Assembly (NCBI GenBank): GCA_963804645.1
Contig: CAWDRG010000002.1
Coordinates: 138,330 to 202,329, forward strand
Origin: an uncultured Bacillota bacterium
GTDB taxonomy: Bacteria; Sysuimicrobiota; Sysuimicrobiia; Sysuimicrobiales; Segetimicrobiaceae
DNA length: 64,000 nt
Direction of reading: 5' to 3'
The translations under genes were made by a program, and so were the position numbers. Numbering within the stretch: position 1 is the first letter of the stretch; each line of letters begins with the position of its first letter. The notes beneath the pieces are model-generated. The model saw nothing but the letters and a program-made list of their open reading frames with translations, did no database searches and was not told the origin of the DNA. This document shows, piece after piece, positions 48,522 through 58,408 of this stretch.

Positions 48522-49412
48522 CTACTGAACGAGCTTCCGGAGCGCCGCGGGGATCGCGGAGGAATCGCCCGCGAGCTTCGGGATGAGCACCGTCAGCCCG
48601 CTCTGCGCCAGGAGGCGCTTCCCCTGCGGGCCGAGCAGAAACTGGACGAACGCGGCCGCGCCGTCCGGATTCGGCGCGTTCTGCAGCACGGTCACCGTAA
48701 ACTCGGCGTTGAGATCGATCGCCGCGGGCGGTACGATCACCGGGATGTGAGTCTGGACCGCTTCCATCGAATAGAAGAATCCGGCATCGAGCTGTCCCGC
48801 TTCCAGGCGTCCGACCAGGGTCTCCTCGGGGAACACCTGTGCCGGGTTGTCGTCCGGCCCGAGGACCCGCATCGCCAGGTCCGGCTGATGATAGTAGGCC
48901 GCCGCCTTCTGCATGAACTGGATCGTGAGCGCCCCCTTCGGGTCGAGCTTCGGGTCGGTCCGGCCGAGCCGGAAGCCCGGTCGGGTCATGACCCCGTACC
49001 ACGCGCTGGACTTGAGGTCGGCCGCGAACGCACTCTGTGGATTATAGCCGATCACAAGCGGCGCCGTGGCGAAGCTCGTGTACCAGCGGACCCAGTCGCC
49101 GTTCGCCTGCCCCATGAGGGTGTCGTTCACGGATGGGACCGCGCTGATGAAGACGTCGCCCTGCCTGAGCTTCCCTTTGATCTGATTCGCGACGGCACCC
49201 GACCCCGCGCCGTACCCCTGGTACTGATAGCCGCTCGCGGATGAGAACGCCGGTCCCATCGCGTGCTCCATGATATTCACCAGCGACCCGGCGTAGAGGA
49301 CCGAGACCGGCCCCCCCGTGGCGCCCGCGGGCGCCTCGGCGATCCCGTCCCCGGCCGCCAGCCCCAGCACCAGCACGAGCGCCCACACCCGAATGACCCG
49401 AGACCACTGCAT
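48522..49412 (-). CDS. modA: Molybdate/tungstate ABC transporter substrate-binding protein
   Basis: Signal peptide MQWSRVIRVWALVLVLGLAAG, then a PBP type-2 fold (VLYAGSLVNIMEHAMGPAF). Sits immediately upstream of modBC. Confidence 0.75.
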   Translation of the reverse strand: MQWSRVIRVWALVLVLGLAAGDGIAEAPAGATGGPVSVLYAGSLVNIMEHAMGPAFSSASGYQYQGYGAGSGAVANQIKGKLRQGDVFISAVPSVNDTLMGQANGDWVRWYTSFATAPLVIGYNPQSAFAADLKSSAWYGVMTRPGFRLGRTDPKLDPKGALTIQFMQKAAAYYHQPDLAMRVLGPDDNPAQVFPEETLVGRLEAGQLDAGFFYSMEAVQTHIPVIVPPAAIDLNAEFTVTVLQNAPNPDGAAAFVQFLLGPQGKRLLAQSGLTVLIPKLAGDSSAIPAALRKLVQ

Positions 49413-49450
49413 CGCTGCTCCCTCCGTCTGCGAGGTGCCGCGCACGCCGC

Positions 49451-50584
49451 TCAGGACAGGAGCGGCTGCGGCGCACCGACCTCGCTGGTGTCGTACCCGC
49501 CCGCCGCCTCGAGATCACGCCGGACGGCCTGGCGCTGCACCGTGTCCAAGAAGGCCTCGATCGGCGGGTATCCGACGAGCGCCCGCGGGATCACGAGGTC
49601 GTAGTGCTCGCGCTGCAGCGGCACGAACGCGAGGTCGTGCGCCCGTGCGGCCGCCCCGATCCCGATGCCCGCGTCGACGAACCCGAGCGCCACCGCCTGC
49701 GCCACGTCCAGGTGGGTGGAGGCCTCGCGCTCGTAGCCGCGCACGTCCGCCGGGGACACGCCGCAGCGGGCGAGCTCCGCGTCAAGGAGCGCGCGGGCCC
49801 CGCTGCCCCGCTCCCGGTTCACGATGCGCACGCCGCGCCGTGCGAGGTCCGCGACCTCGTGGATGCCCCGCGGATTGCGCGGTGCCACGATGAGACCCTG
49901 CTCCCACGTGACGAACCGAACGGCGACCGCGTCGCTGCCCCGCAGCGCGCGGCGGACTCCCGCCATGCCCTCCGGCCCCATCCGGTCGCCGCGCAGGTGC
50001 ATCCCGGCTATGTGCGCCGCACCGCTGCGCAGCCATCGGAGTGCCTGCAGGCTCCCGGCCGGAAGCCACCGCAACCCGAACGCGGGATACGCGCGCCGCA
50101 GGTGCCCGGCCACGACGGGGATGGTCGGGTCGCACCCCGCGATGACCAGCGTCTGACCGGCGCGGTCGTTCGGCGCCGTCAGCGTGACCCGGACGGCCGA
50201 GCCGCGCCGGCCGGCGACGATCCCGTCCGCTTCGGGCAGGCCCGCCGTGGCCCCGAGCGGCCCCACGAGCGGCACCGCGATCGACCGGCTGCCGATCGTC
50301 GAGAGCTGCACGCGTGTCCCGTCGGCGACCTCCCCGGCCTCGCCGGCGAGGGTCGCGGTCACCTCCACATCCGGCTCCGGGACCTGAAACAGGTCCTCCA
50401 CGCGGCACGAAAGGACGGCCGCCAGCCGCAGCGCTAGAACCGTGGCGGGCGCCGTCCGTCCGGCCTCGATCGCGTTCACGGTTTGCCGTGAGGCCGCGAT
50501 CCGCAGCGCGAGCGTCTGCTGTGACCATCCCCGCCGTTCCCGCCACTCCCGCACGCGATTCGTGAGCGGACACCGTTGCCTCAC
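49451..50584 (-). CDS. XRE-family HTH regulator fused to a periplasmic-binding-protein-like (ModA-like) domain
   Basis: N-terminal HTH_XRE (WSQQTLALRIAASRQTVNAIEAGRTAP) and a C-terminal PBP-like domain. Located inside the mod cluster. Confidence 0.65.
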   Translation of the reverse strand: MRQRCPLTNRVREWRERRGWSQQTLALRIAASRQTVNAIEAGRTAPATVLALRLAAVLSCRVEDLFQVPEPDVEVTATLAGEAGEVADGTRVQLSTIGSRSIAVPLVGPLGATAGLPEADGIVAGRRGSAVRVTLTAPNDRAGQTLVIAGCDPTIPVVAGHLRRAYPAFGLRWLPAGSLQALRWLRSGAAHIAGMHLRGDRMGPEGMAGVRRALRGSDAVAVRFVTWEQGLIVAPRNPRGIHEVADLARRGVRIVNRERGSGARALLDAELARCGVSPADVRGYEREASTHLDVAQAVALGFVDAGIGIGAAARAHDLAFVPLQREHYDLVIPRALVGYPPIEAFLDTVQRQAVRRDLEAAGGYDTSEVGAPQPLLS

Positions 50585-50623
50585 CGGCAGAACCCCCAGG
50601 GCGAGCGTACGTGATACGTGCTG

Positions 50624-51199
50624 TTACGTGCCCGCCGTGCGCATTTCGATGCGGACGATGTTATCGACATACCGGCCCCCGCGCTTGTCCTGGGGCACGA
50701 CGAGCCGGGCCATGCCTTCGTCCGCTCCCAGCGGGGCGGCGTCAGTTTGATATGCCACAAGGATCTGTTGATGTCCGTAGTCCGGCAGGATCTCCGCCAG
50801 GGCGATCACCGCCTGATACCCGTCGCTCCCGGTGACCACGACGTACTTGCTGAGGATGTCGTTCTTCCGGCGTGTGTTGGTCTGCACTCCGGCCGCGTTG
50901 AGGAGCGTCCACAACAAGACCCCGGTGTACGTGGCGTGCATTGACGCCTTTCCGGCGAGAAAGGTCACGTGCACCGTCGAGGGAGGGTACCGCTGCAAGT
51001 CGGGACGGGTCAGATGTGCCGGGTGATCGACGAGACCACGCACATCGAACCCCGGGGCGTAGCCTCCCGATTGGGCTCCTGCGAGGGGCGTGCCTCCGGT
51101 CCCGACCGCGCCCAGGAGCAGCGAGGCGCAGATGATCGCGAGCTGCCGAAGCCGACGCGAACGTGCATGGTGACGGACGGAGTGCGCGACGGTGGTCAC
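50624..51199 (-). CDS. Small secreted protein with molybdopterin-binding (sulfite-oxidase-type Oxidored_molyb) domain
   Basis: Signal/TM segment LRQLAIICASLLLGAV, then a sulfite-oxidase-family Moco-domain-like segment (KYVVVTGSDGYQAVIALAEI...LVAYQTDAAPL). Confidence 0.55.
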   Translation of the reverse strand: MTTVAHSVRHHARSRRLRQLAIICASLLLGAVGTGGTPLAGAQSGGYAPGFDVRGLVDHPAHLTRPDLQRYPPSTVHVTFLAGKASMHATYTGVLLWTLLNAAGVQTNTRRKNDILSKYVVVTGSDGYQAVIALAEILPDYGHQQILVAYQTDAAPLGADEGMARLVVPQDKRGGRYVDNIVRIEMRTAGT

Positions 51200-51213
51200 G
51201 AGGTCCCCGCCGC

Positions 51214-51420
51214 TCAGGGCCGGCCGACCATGACTTCGGTCGCCTTGATGACCGCGACCACGTTATCTCCGACCTGAATGTTCAGCCGCTGGACGGACTC
51301 CTTGGTGACCGCGGCGACGAGTTCCTGATCGCCCACCGTCATCCGCACCTCGGCCATGATGTTGCCGAGTGACACGCCCGTGACCTTGGCGCGAAGCTGA
51401 TTGCGTGCGCTGAGTTGCAT
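51214..51420 (-). CDS. mop: Molybdopterin/molybdate-binding TOBE-domain protein (Mop)
   Basis: 68-aa MQLSARNQLRAKVTGVS...VKATEVMV, the classic single-TOBE Mop protein. The 5' part of the 280-aa track ORF is an artefact. Confidence 0.75.
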   Translation of the reverse strand: MQLSARNQLRAKVTGVSLGNIMAEVRMTVGDQELVAAVTKESVQRLNIQVGDNVVAVIKATEVMVGRP

Positions 51421-51482
51421 CGTGTGCCCCCCGATCTCGTATCGTCTGTGAGCGAGCCGCGCCCACCGTATAGCAACACTAT

Positions 51483-51496
51483 TTGTCAAATGACAA
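51483..51496. promoter_or_regulatory. Perfect palindrome TTGTCA-AA-TGACAA in AT-rich divergent intergenic region (candidate operator)
   Basis: Read directly at 51483-51496 inside the only AT-rich stretch (tagcaacactatttgtcaaatgacaagattcctttcc). It lies between the minus-strand mop-mod operon and the plus-strand decarboxylase gene. A TATACG -10-like hexamer sits 18 nt downstream on the minus strand. Confidence 0.35.
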
Positions 51497-51735
51497 GATT
51501 CCTTTCCTCCACGCGAAATCCCTCCTGACGCCGCGAGTTCGGCGAACCCCCTCACGTGTCCGGGAGGTCCCTCGGCATCCCGGCCAAGCAGGACGAACCT
51601 GTGGGCGCCGCGTAGTGTAGGCGCAGATCCGCACGATGGGCTCGAGCCGGGGCCGCGACGCCTCCCACAGATCGGATGGGAGGCGTTGTGTGTTTCCCGA
51701 CCGCCGGGTCGAGCCGGCAGGGAGGCCGTGCCGAC

Positions 51736-53286
51736 ATGGACACGCATCACCCCACCTCGGAAGATGAGATGCGCCGCTCGGGCGGCGCCCCCGCCGACCG
51801 GCTCGAGTTTTCGCCCGGGACGCGCGCCCGGTGGGAGTGGTCGGCCGAGGAGATCCGCCGCGTCGGGCACCGGGTCGTGGACCTGATCGCCGAGTACCTC
51901 ACCACGCTCCCGGACCGCCCGGTGTTCCGCCCGTACCCGCGGGCGGAGGCCGACGCGATGCTCGAGGCGCCGATGCCGACCGGCGGCGCCGATTCGACCG
52001 CGATCCTCGATGAGTTTGCCGCCGCGATCGCCCCCTATCCGTTTGGCAACGGGCATCCGCGGTTTTACGGATGGGTGAACTCACCGCCCACGGTGATCGG
52101 CGTGTTCGCCGAGGCGCTGGCCGCGGCGATGAACCCGAGCTGCGCCGGCGGCAATCACGCCGCCGTGTACGTCGAGCACCAGGTGCTGCGCTGGATCGCG
52201 GCGATGCTCGGATTCCCGGCAGGCTGCGGCGGGCTCCTCGTGAGCGGGACCTCCATGGCGACCGTGACGGCGCTCGCGGTCGCGCGGCACGCGGCGACCG
52301 GCGGGACCGTGCGGGCGCGCGGACTGCAGGGGACGGACGCGCCGCTTGTCGTGTACACGAGCCGCGAAGGCCACGGCTGCGTCCAGAAGGCGGTCGAGCT
52401 CCTCGGGATCGGCTCCGACCACCTACGCACGATCGCGTGCGACGGCGCGTTCCGGCTTGACGTCCCCGACCTTGAGCGCGCGATTGCGCGCGACCGCGCC
52501 GCGGGGCTGCGGCCGATGGCCGTGGCCGCGAGCGCGGGGACCGTGAACACCGGCGCGATCGACCCGCTCGCCGAGATCGCCGCGGTGTGCCGCCGCTGCG
52601 GGCTCTGGCTGCACGTCGACGGCGCGTACGGCGCTCCCGCGATCCTCACCGCCGGGTACCGCGACCCCCTCGAGGCGATCGGGCTCGCCGACAGCGTCGC
52701 GGTCGATCCCCACAAGTGGCTGTACGTGCCCGTGGAGGCCGGGGTCGTGCTCGTGCGAGACGCGGCCGCGATGCGCGACGCGTTCAGCCTGGTCCCGCCC
52801 TACCTCCGCACCGACGGCCTCGCAGCGGGCGTCGGCGGGCCGCCGTGGTTCAGCGAGTTCGGAGTGCAGCAGACGCGCGGGTTCCGCGCCCTCAAGATCT
52901 GGATGGCGCTCAAGCATCACGGCCGGGCGGGCTATGCGGAGGCGATCACGCGGGACACGGCGTTGGCGCGCTACCTGGCGTCGCGCGTCGAGGCGGCGGA
53001 CGATCTGGAGCTCGCGGCGCCGCAGAGCCTGAGTATTGTCTGTTTTCGGTATGCGCCGCCGGCCCTGCGGGATAATCCCGAGCGGGTCGACGCCGTCAAC
53101 CGTGCGGTGCTGGAAACGCTCCAACTCGGCGGCCGCGCGTTTCTGTCGAGCACGACCCTGCACGGACGGTTTGTGCTGCGCGCCTGCATCGTCAACCCCC
53201 GCGCCTCCCGCGCGGACCTCGACCTTCTGGTGGACATGGTCCGAACGATCGGGCGGCGAGTCCTCGACCCCGATGGCACACCATAA
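51736..53286 (+). CDS. PLP-dependent group II decarboxylase (aromatic-L-amino-acid / 2,4-diaminobutyrate decarboxylase family)
   Basis: Pyridoxal_deC fold (VVYTSREGHGCVQKA; PLP-lysine region SVAVDPHKWLYVP). Start taken at MDTHHPTSEDE (51736). Confidence 0.8.
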   Translation: MDTHHPTSEDEMRRSGGAPADRLEFSPGTRARWEWSAEEIRRVGHRVVDLIAEYLTTLPDRPVFRPYPRAEADAMLEAPMPTGGADSTAILDEFAAAIAPYPFGNGHPRFYGWVNSPPTVIGVFAEALAAAMNPSCAGGNHAAVYVEHQVLRWIAAMLGFPAGCGGLLVSGTSMATVTALAVARHAATGGTVRARGLQGTDAPLVVYTSREGHGCVQKAVELLGIGSDHLRTIACDGAFRLDVPDLERAIARDRAAGLRPMAVAASAGTVNTGAIDPLAEIAAVCRRCGLWLHVDGAYGAPAILTAGYRDPLEAIGLADSVAVDPHKWLYVPVEAGVVLVRDAAAMRDAFSLVPPYLRTDGLAAGVGGPPWFSEFGVQQTRGFRALKIWMALKHHGRAGYAEAITRDTALARYLASRVEAADDLELAAPQSLSIVCFRYAPPALRDNPERVDAVNRAVLETLQLGGRAFLSSTTLHGRFVLRACIVNPRASRADLDLLVDMVRTIGRRVLDPDGTP

Positions 53287-53310
53287 CGTCGGCGCTCCCG
53301 GGCCCGACCG

Positions 53311-53640
53311 CTAGTGCGAGCCCTGGATCTCCGTCGTCATGATGACCTGGGCGTATGGATTCCAGGTCGCCATCGTGTAAAACGAATAGCCGAGATCGGC
53401 GGCCACCAACCCGTATCGCGTCGCCGTTTGGTTGACGGTCGGCTTCGGAGGACGGAACGATCGATCCATCTCGCCGGTCACTTGGCAGATCTTCCGCGTG
53501 GAGCCGGCGACATACGTGATGCCGCCGGCCGGCGGCGCGGGGGCGGCGCTTGCGCCGTTCGCCGGTACCCCGCCTGACGGCACCAGGGCGCTGACGGCGA
53601 ACAACGAGACCGCGACCGCAGTTGTGAGTGGTGTTTTCAT
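53311..53640 (-). CDS. Small secreted hypothetical protein
   Basis: Signal peptide MKTPLTTAVAVSLFAVSALV. No recognisable domain. Located between convergent genes. Confidence 0.4.
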   Translation of the reverse strand: MKTPLTTAVAVSLFAVSALVPSGGVPANGASAAPAPPAGGITYVAGSTRKICQVTGEMDRSFRPPKPTVNQTATRYGLVAADLGYSFYTMATWNPYAQVIMTTEIQGSH

Positions 53641-53739
53641 GGGCATCCCTCCCGAGACCGGATCCACACATCCCTCTCCCGCGCCGCCGTCACCGCCCCG
53701 CCGTCGTGCGGAGACCCCGGCAGCGTGGGCGGGCGCGCG

Positions 53740-54672
53740 TCACGCGGGGGGCGGCCCCGCCACGAGGTAGTGCGACGCAAGCGGGTGGCCGAGCAGGGAC
53801 GCAAGCGGACGCGACGCCTCGGCGAGGCGGTCGAGGTCCACCCCGGTCTGGATCCCGAGCCCGTCCAGCATGTACACGAGGTCTTCCGTGGCCAAGTTGC
53901 CGGACGCGCCGGGTGCGTATGGGCAGCCGCCGAGGCCGCCCGCCGAGGCGTCGACGACGGTCACCCCGGAGAGAAGCGCCGCCAGGACGTTCGCTAGCGC
54001 CGTGCCCCGCGTATCGTGGAAGTGCACGGCCACCGCGCTCATCGGCAGGTCCCGGGACAGCTGCCGGAGCAGCGAGGCTACCTCCCCCGGAGTCGCCGCC
54101 CCAATCGTGTCTCCGAGCGAGATCTCCGCGCACCCCATCTCGACGAGCCGTCCGGCCACCTGCCGGACCGCCTCCGGCGCGACGCGCCCGGCGTAGGGAC
54201 ACCACCACGCCGTCGACACGTACGCGCGAACGCGAACGCCGTGGTCCGTCGCGAGCGTGACCACCTGGCGGAACTCCGTCAGCGACTCTTCGACCGTCAT
54301 GTTGATATTGCGTCTCGCGAATGCGTCGGAGGCGGCGGTGAACACCGCGACCTCGCGCAGCCCGCACGCGAGCGCGCGCTCCATCCCGCGGCGGTTCGGC
54401 ACCAGTGCCGAGAGCGCGGGGCCCCGGAGATCGGAAAGGCGCTCAAGGAGGGCGTCGGTGTCCGCCATCTGCGGAACGCGGTCCGGACGGACGAACGCGC
54501 CGACCTCAATCGCCGGGAGCCCCGCGGCGGCGAGCCGCCGGACGAACCCGACCTTCTCGGCGAGCAAGAGCGACACGGCCTCGTTTTGGAGCCCGTCGCG
54601 AGGCCCGACCTCCACGATTCGCACGCGCGGCGGCAGCCCGGTGAGCGGGCCAGCGTCCCGGGCGCCGGTCAC
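53740..54672 (-). CDS. Hydroxymethylglutaryl-CoA lyase
   Basis: VRIVEVGPRDGLQNE start and a DRE_TIM aldolase fold. GTG at 54672 overlaps the BCCP stop (GTGA). The upstream 159 aa of the track ORF are spurious. Confidence 0.85.
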   Translation of the reverse strand: MTGARDAGPLTGLPPRVRIVEVGPRDGLQNEAVSLLLAEKVGFVRRLAAAGLPAIEVGAFVRPDRVPQMADTDALLERLSDLRGPALSALVPNRRGMERALACGLREVAVFTAASDAFARRNINMTVEESLTEFRQVVTLATDHGVRVRAYVSTAWWCPYAGRVAPEAVRQVAGRLVEMGCAEISLGDTIGAATPGEVASLLRQLSRDLPMSAVAVHFHDTRGTALANVLAALLSGVTVVDASAGGLGGCPYAPGASGNLATEDLVYMLDGLGIQTGVDLDRLAEASRPLASLLGHPLASHYLVAGPPPA

Positions 54673-55190
54673 GGATGCTCTGCCGCATGTTCGCCCGGCG
54701 CGCCGAGTTCCGCCACGACCATGCCGCCCTCGACCCGCTGCCCAACGCGGACATGCACGGCGCGGACCGTGGCCGCGCGCGGCGCCCGGATCACGTGCTC
54801 CATCTTCATCGCCTCGACCACCAGGAGCGGTTGCCCGACCTTGACCGTCTCGCCGGCGTTCACGTACACCTCCGTCACGCCCCCCGGCATCGGCGCCCGA
54901 AGCGCGTCGGCGTCGGGGCCGCTCCCGCCGCCCCGGCGCGCACCCCCACCCGGATCGATCTCGTAGATCGCGGTCACGCCGTCGACGTGGAGGAACGTCC
55001 GCGTTCCCGCCGCGGCCCACCGGACGAGGTGCGTCCGGCCGCCGAACTCGACCGCGGCGACGCCCGGCTCGAGCACGGAGAGGCGCAGGCGAACCGGGCG
55101 GCCCCCAACCCGCACCGCCCACTCGTCGCCGGCCCGCGACACCTCGCACGGGACGTCGCGCCCCTCGAGACGCAGCACCAGATCACTCAC
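54669..55190 (-). CDS. Biotin carboxyl carrier (biotinyl) domain protein
   Basis: C-terminal biotinyl domain with EAMKME. N-terminal region resembles the MCC-alpha BC-to-BCCP linker. Overlaps the mccA stop by 8 nt. Confidence 0.75.
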   Translation of the reverse strand: MSDLVLRLEGRDVPCEVSRAGDEWAVRVGGRPVRLRLSVLEPGVAAVEFGGRTHLVRWAAAGTRTFLHVDGVTAIYEIDPGGGARRGGGSGPDADALRAPMPGGVTEVYVNAGETVKVGQPLLVVEAMKMEHVIRAPRAATVRAVHVRVGQRVEGGMVVAELGAPGEHAAEHP

Positions 55191-56694
55191 GGGCGCCCCC
55201 CAGCCGCCACGGCCCGAGGTCGTCCCACGGGTCTGCCCCGCGCTGCCGGCCAGCCGGCCCCCCCGCCGGCGGATGGGCGCGTCCGTCTCCCGTTTGGAGC
55301 ACCGCGAGCACGGCCCCGATCGCGAGCGCCGCGTCGCTCCCGTCCCCGCTCCATGCCTGGAAATGCCGCTCGAGAAACCTCGTGGTCGTCTCGCCCCGGC
55401 GGAACGCGTCGTGACGGACGATCGCCCGCAGGAACTCGAGATTCGTGCGGCACCCGAGGATCACGTAGCTCCCGAGCGCCTCGTCCATCCGCGCGATCGC
55501 GGCCTCGCGGGTCTCGCCGTGCGCGATCACCTTGGAGAGCATCGGGTCGTATTCGACCGGTACGCGCCATCCGGCGCGGAGACCCGAGTCCACCCGCACG
55601 CCGGGGCCGCGGGGCTCGACGAGCGTGAGGATCGGACCGGGGGTCGGCCGAAACTCGTGGGCGGGGTCCTCGGCGCTGACCCGGCACTCGATCGCGCAGC
55701 CCCGGATCTCGTGCGCCTGGGGCTGCGACGCCGGCAAGCGGTCCCCGCCGGCGATCCGCAGCTGCCACGCGACCAGATCGAGTCCCGTCACCGCCTCCGT
55801 CACCGGGTGCTCGACCTGTAGCCGCGTGTTGACCTCGAGGAAGTAGAATCGCCGCTCTGTGTCGACCAGGAACTCCACCGTACCGGCGTTGACGTAGCCG
55901 GCCGCGCGCGCCACCGCCACCGCCGCACGCTTGAGGTGGGCACGGAGTTCAGGGGTGACAAACGGAGACGGCGACTCCTCCAGGAGCTTCTGGTGCCGGC
56001 GCTGGATGCTGCACTCACGCTCGCCGAGCGCCCAGACGCCGCCCGCGCCGTCTGCGAGCACCTGCACCTCGATGTGCCTGGCCTCGTCGATGTGGCGCTC
56101 GAGGAGCAGCGCGTCACGCCCGAAGGCCGCGTGTGCTTCGCGGCGGGCGGACCGGAGGGCGTCCGGCAGTTCGTCGGGCGATTCCACCCGCCGCATCCCG
56201 CGCCCGCCCCCGCCCGCGGAGGCCTTGATCATGACGGGAAAGCCGAGGCGCGCGGCCGCCTCTGTTAGGGCCCCGTCCGCCGCCTCCGGCGCATCGTAGC
56301 CCGGGACCACCGGCACGCCGCCGGTCTCCGCGAGGCGGCGCGCCTCGCCCTTGTCCCCAAGACGTGCTATCACCTCGGCCGGCGGGCCGACCCACGTGAG
56401 GCCCGCACCGCGCACGGCATCGGCAAACTCGGGAGACTCCGCAAGAAAGCCGTACCCGGGGTGCACCGCGTCGGCGCCCGAGCGGCGGGCCGCGTCGAGC
56501 ATGCGTCCGACGTCGAGGTAGGTCTCCCGCGCGGCGGCGCCGGGCAGCGGCACGCGCGCATCCGCGAGCCGCACGTACAGCGCGTCGCGGTCGGGCTCCG
56601 CGCACACCGCCACTGTCGCGATCCCGAGCTCCCGGCACGCCCGGATGATGCGGACGGCGATCTCCCCGCGGTTCGCGATCAAGACCGTGCGCAT
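55183..56694 (-). CDS. Biotin carboxylase subunit of methylcrotonyl-CoA (acyl-CoA) carboxylase
   Basis: MRTVLIANRGEIAVRIIRA start, ATP-grasp motifs and EMNTRLQVEHPVTE. Trimmed to the ATG at 56694, immediately after the mccB stop. It lacks the usual fused C-terminal biotinyl domain, which is encoded by the next gene. Confidence 0.85.
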   Translation of the reverse strand: MRTVLIANRGEIAVRIIRACRELGIATVAVCAEPDRDALYVRLADARVPLPGAAARETYLDVGRMLDAARRSGADAVHPGYGFLAESPEFADAVRGAGLTWVGPPAEVIARLGDKGEARRLAETGGVPVVPGYDAPEAADGALTEAAARLGFPVMIKASAGGGGRGMRRVESPDELPDALRSARREAHAAFGRDALLLERHIDEARHIEVQVLADGAGGVWALGERECSIQRRHQKLLEESPSPFVTPELRAHLKRAAVAVARAAGYVNAGTVEFLVDTERRFYFLEVNTRLQVEHPVTEAVTGLDLVAWQLRIAGGDRLPASQPQAHEIRGCAIECRVSAEDPAHEFRPTPGPILTLVEPRGPGVRVDSGLRAGWRVPVEYDPMLSKVIAHGETREAAIARMDEALGSYVILGCRTNLEFLRAIVRHDAFRRGETTTRFLERHFQAWSGDGSDAALAIGAVLAVLQTGDGRAHPPAGGPAGRQRGADPWDDLGPWRLGGARE

Positions 56695-56696
56695 GC

Positions 56697-58304
56697 CTAC
56701 ATGCGAAACACGCCGGGGTGCATGCCCTCGATCGGGGCGTTGAGCGCGGCGGACAGCGCCAGCCCGAGCACCGTGCGCGTCTCGGCAGGGTCGATGACGC
56801 CGTCGTCCCACAAACGGGCCGTACTGTGGTAGGCGTTGCCCTCCGCCTCGTACTTGGCCAGGATGGGGGCGACGATCGCCTCCTCCTCGACGGGGGTCAA
56901 CGTGCCGCCCGCGCGGGCCACCTGATCGCGCTTGACGGTCAGCAGCACCATCGCCGCCTGCTCGCCGCCCATCACGGAGATGCGGGCGTTCGGCCACATC
57001 CAGAGGAAGCGGGGCGCGTAGGCGCGCCCGGCCATCGCATAGTTGCCGGCGCCGTAGGACCCGCCGATGACCACGGTGAGCCTCGGCACGCCGCAGGTCG
57101 CGACGGCGTGCACCATCTTCGCGCCGGCCCGGGCGATGCCCGCGGCCTCGTACTCCTTGCCGACGATAAACCCCGTGATGTTCTGGAGGAAGACAAGCGG
57201 CACGCGCCGCTGCCCGCACAGCTCGATGAAGTGCGCGCCCTTCTCCGCGCTCTCCACGAACAGGACGCCATTGTTCGCGATGATGCCGACCGGAATTCCG
57301 TGGAGGTGGGCGAAGCCGGTGACGAGCGTCGTCCCGTACAGCGCCTTGAACTCGTGAAACCGGCTGCCGTCGACGAGCCTGGCGATCACGTCCCGCGCGT
57401 CAAACTGCCGCCGCAGGTCGGTGGGCAGGATCCCGTAGATCTCCCGGGGATCGTAGCGGGGCGGCTCCGGCTCGGCGAGGTCGATCGCGGGCGACTTCAC
57501 GCGGTTCAGGGTCCCGACGATCTCCCGGACGAGCGACATCGCATCGGCGTCGTCCGTGGCGAGGTAATCGGTGACACCGCTGCGGCGGGAGTGCACGTCG
57601 GCGCCGCCTAGTTCCTCGGCGCTGACCTCTTCGCCGGTCGCGGCACGCACGAGCGGCGGTCCGCCGAGAAAGATCGTGCCGGTCCCGCGCACGATCACGG
57701 CCTCGTCCGACATCGCCGGCACATAGGCCCCGCCGGCCGTGCACGAACCGAGCACCGCGGCGATCTGCGGGATGCCGCGGGCGGACATCGTCGCTTGATT
57801 GAACATGATGCGCCCAAAGTGGTCACGGTCGGGGTAGACCTCCGCCTGCAGCGGCAGAAACACCCCGCCGGAATCCACCAGGTACAGGCACGTCAGGTGG
57901 TTGTCGAGGGCGATCTCCTGTGCGCGCAGGTGCTTCTTTACCGTCACGGGGAAATAGGTGCCGCCTTTGACCGTGGCGTCGTTCGCGACGATCATGCACT
58001 CGATCCCGCGCACGCGTCCGATCCCGGTGACGATCCCCGCCCCGGGTGCCTCGTCCCCGTACATGCCCCACGCGGCGAGCGGGGCGATCTCCAGGAACGG
58101 CGAGCCGGGATCAAGCAGGAGGTCGATGCGCTCGCGGGCCGTCCGCTTGCCTTGCGCGCGCAGCCGCTCGTGCGCGCGCGGCCCGCCGCCCTGGCGGACC
58201 TTCGCGAGGCGCTCGGCGAGCATCGCCGCCAAGCCCTCGTGATACGCACGGTTCGCTGCGAACTCCGCAGCGTCCACATCGACATGAGACTCGAGGACAC
58301 TCAT
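56697..58304 (-). CDS. Methylcrotonyl-CoA carboxylase carboxyltransferase (beta) subunit
   Basis: 535-aa Carboxyl_trans fold. Conserved blocks include [11 protein letters not shown] and the C-terminal region of the acyl-CoA carboxylase beta family. Confidence 0.9.
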   Translation of the reverse strand: MSVLESHVDVDAAEFAANRAYHEGLAAMLAERLAKVRQGGGPRAHERLRAQGKRTARERIDLLLDPGSPFLEIAPLAAWGMYGDEAPGAGIVTGIGRVRGIECMIVANDATVKGGTYFPVTVKKHLRAQEIALDNHLTCLYLVDSGGVFLPLQAEVYPDRDHFGRIMFNQATMSARGIPQIAAVLGSCTAGGAYVPAMSDEAVIVRGTGTIFLGGPPLVRAATGEEVSAEELGGADVHSRRSGVTDYLATDDADAMSLVREIVGTLNRVKSPAIDLAEPEPPRYDPREIYGILPTDLRRQFDARDVIARLVDGSRFHEFKALYGTTLVTGFAHLHGIPVGIIANNGVLFVESAEKGAHFIELCGQRRVPLVFLQNITGFIVGKEYEAAGIARAGAKMVHAVATCGVPRLTVVIGGSYGAGNYAMAGRAYAPRFLWMWPNARISVMGGEQAAMVLLTVKRDQVARAGGTLTPVEEEAIVAPILAKYEAEGNAYHSTARLWDDGVIDPAETRTVLGLALSAALNAPIEGMHPGVFRM

Positions 58305-58408
58305 CCGCTGGTGATATTCCCCTCTCCGCGCGACCGCACCTCCACCGGCCGTCGCGGCGACCGTGCGGCGCGTCGGGACCGATCACACGACGTCCGGGGC
58401 GCCGCCCT

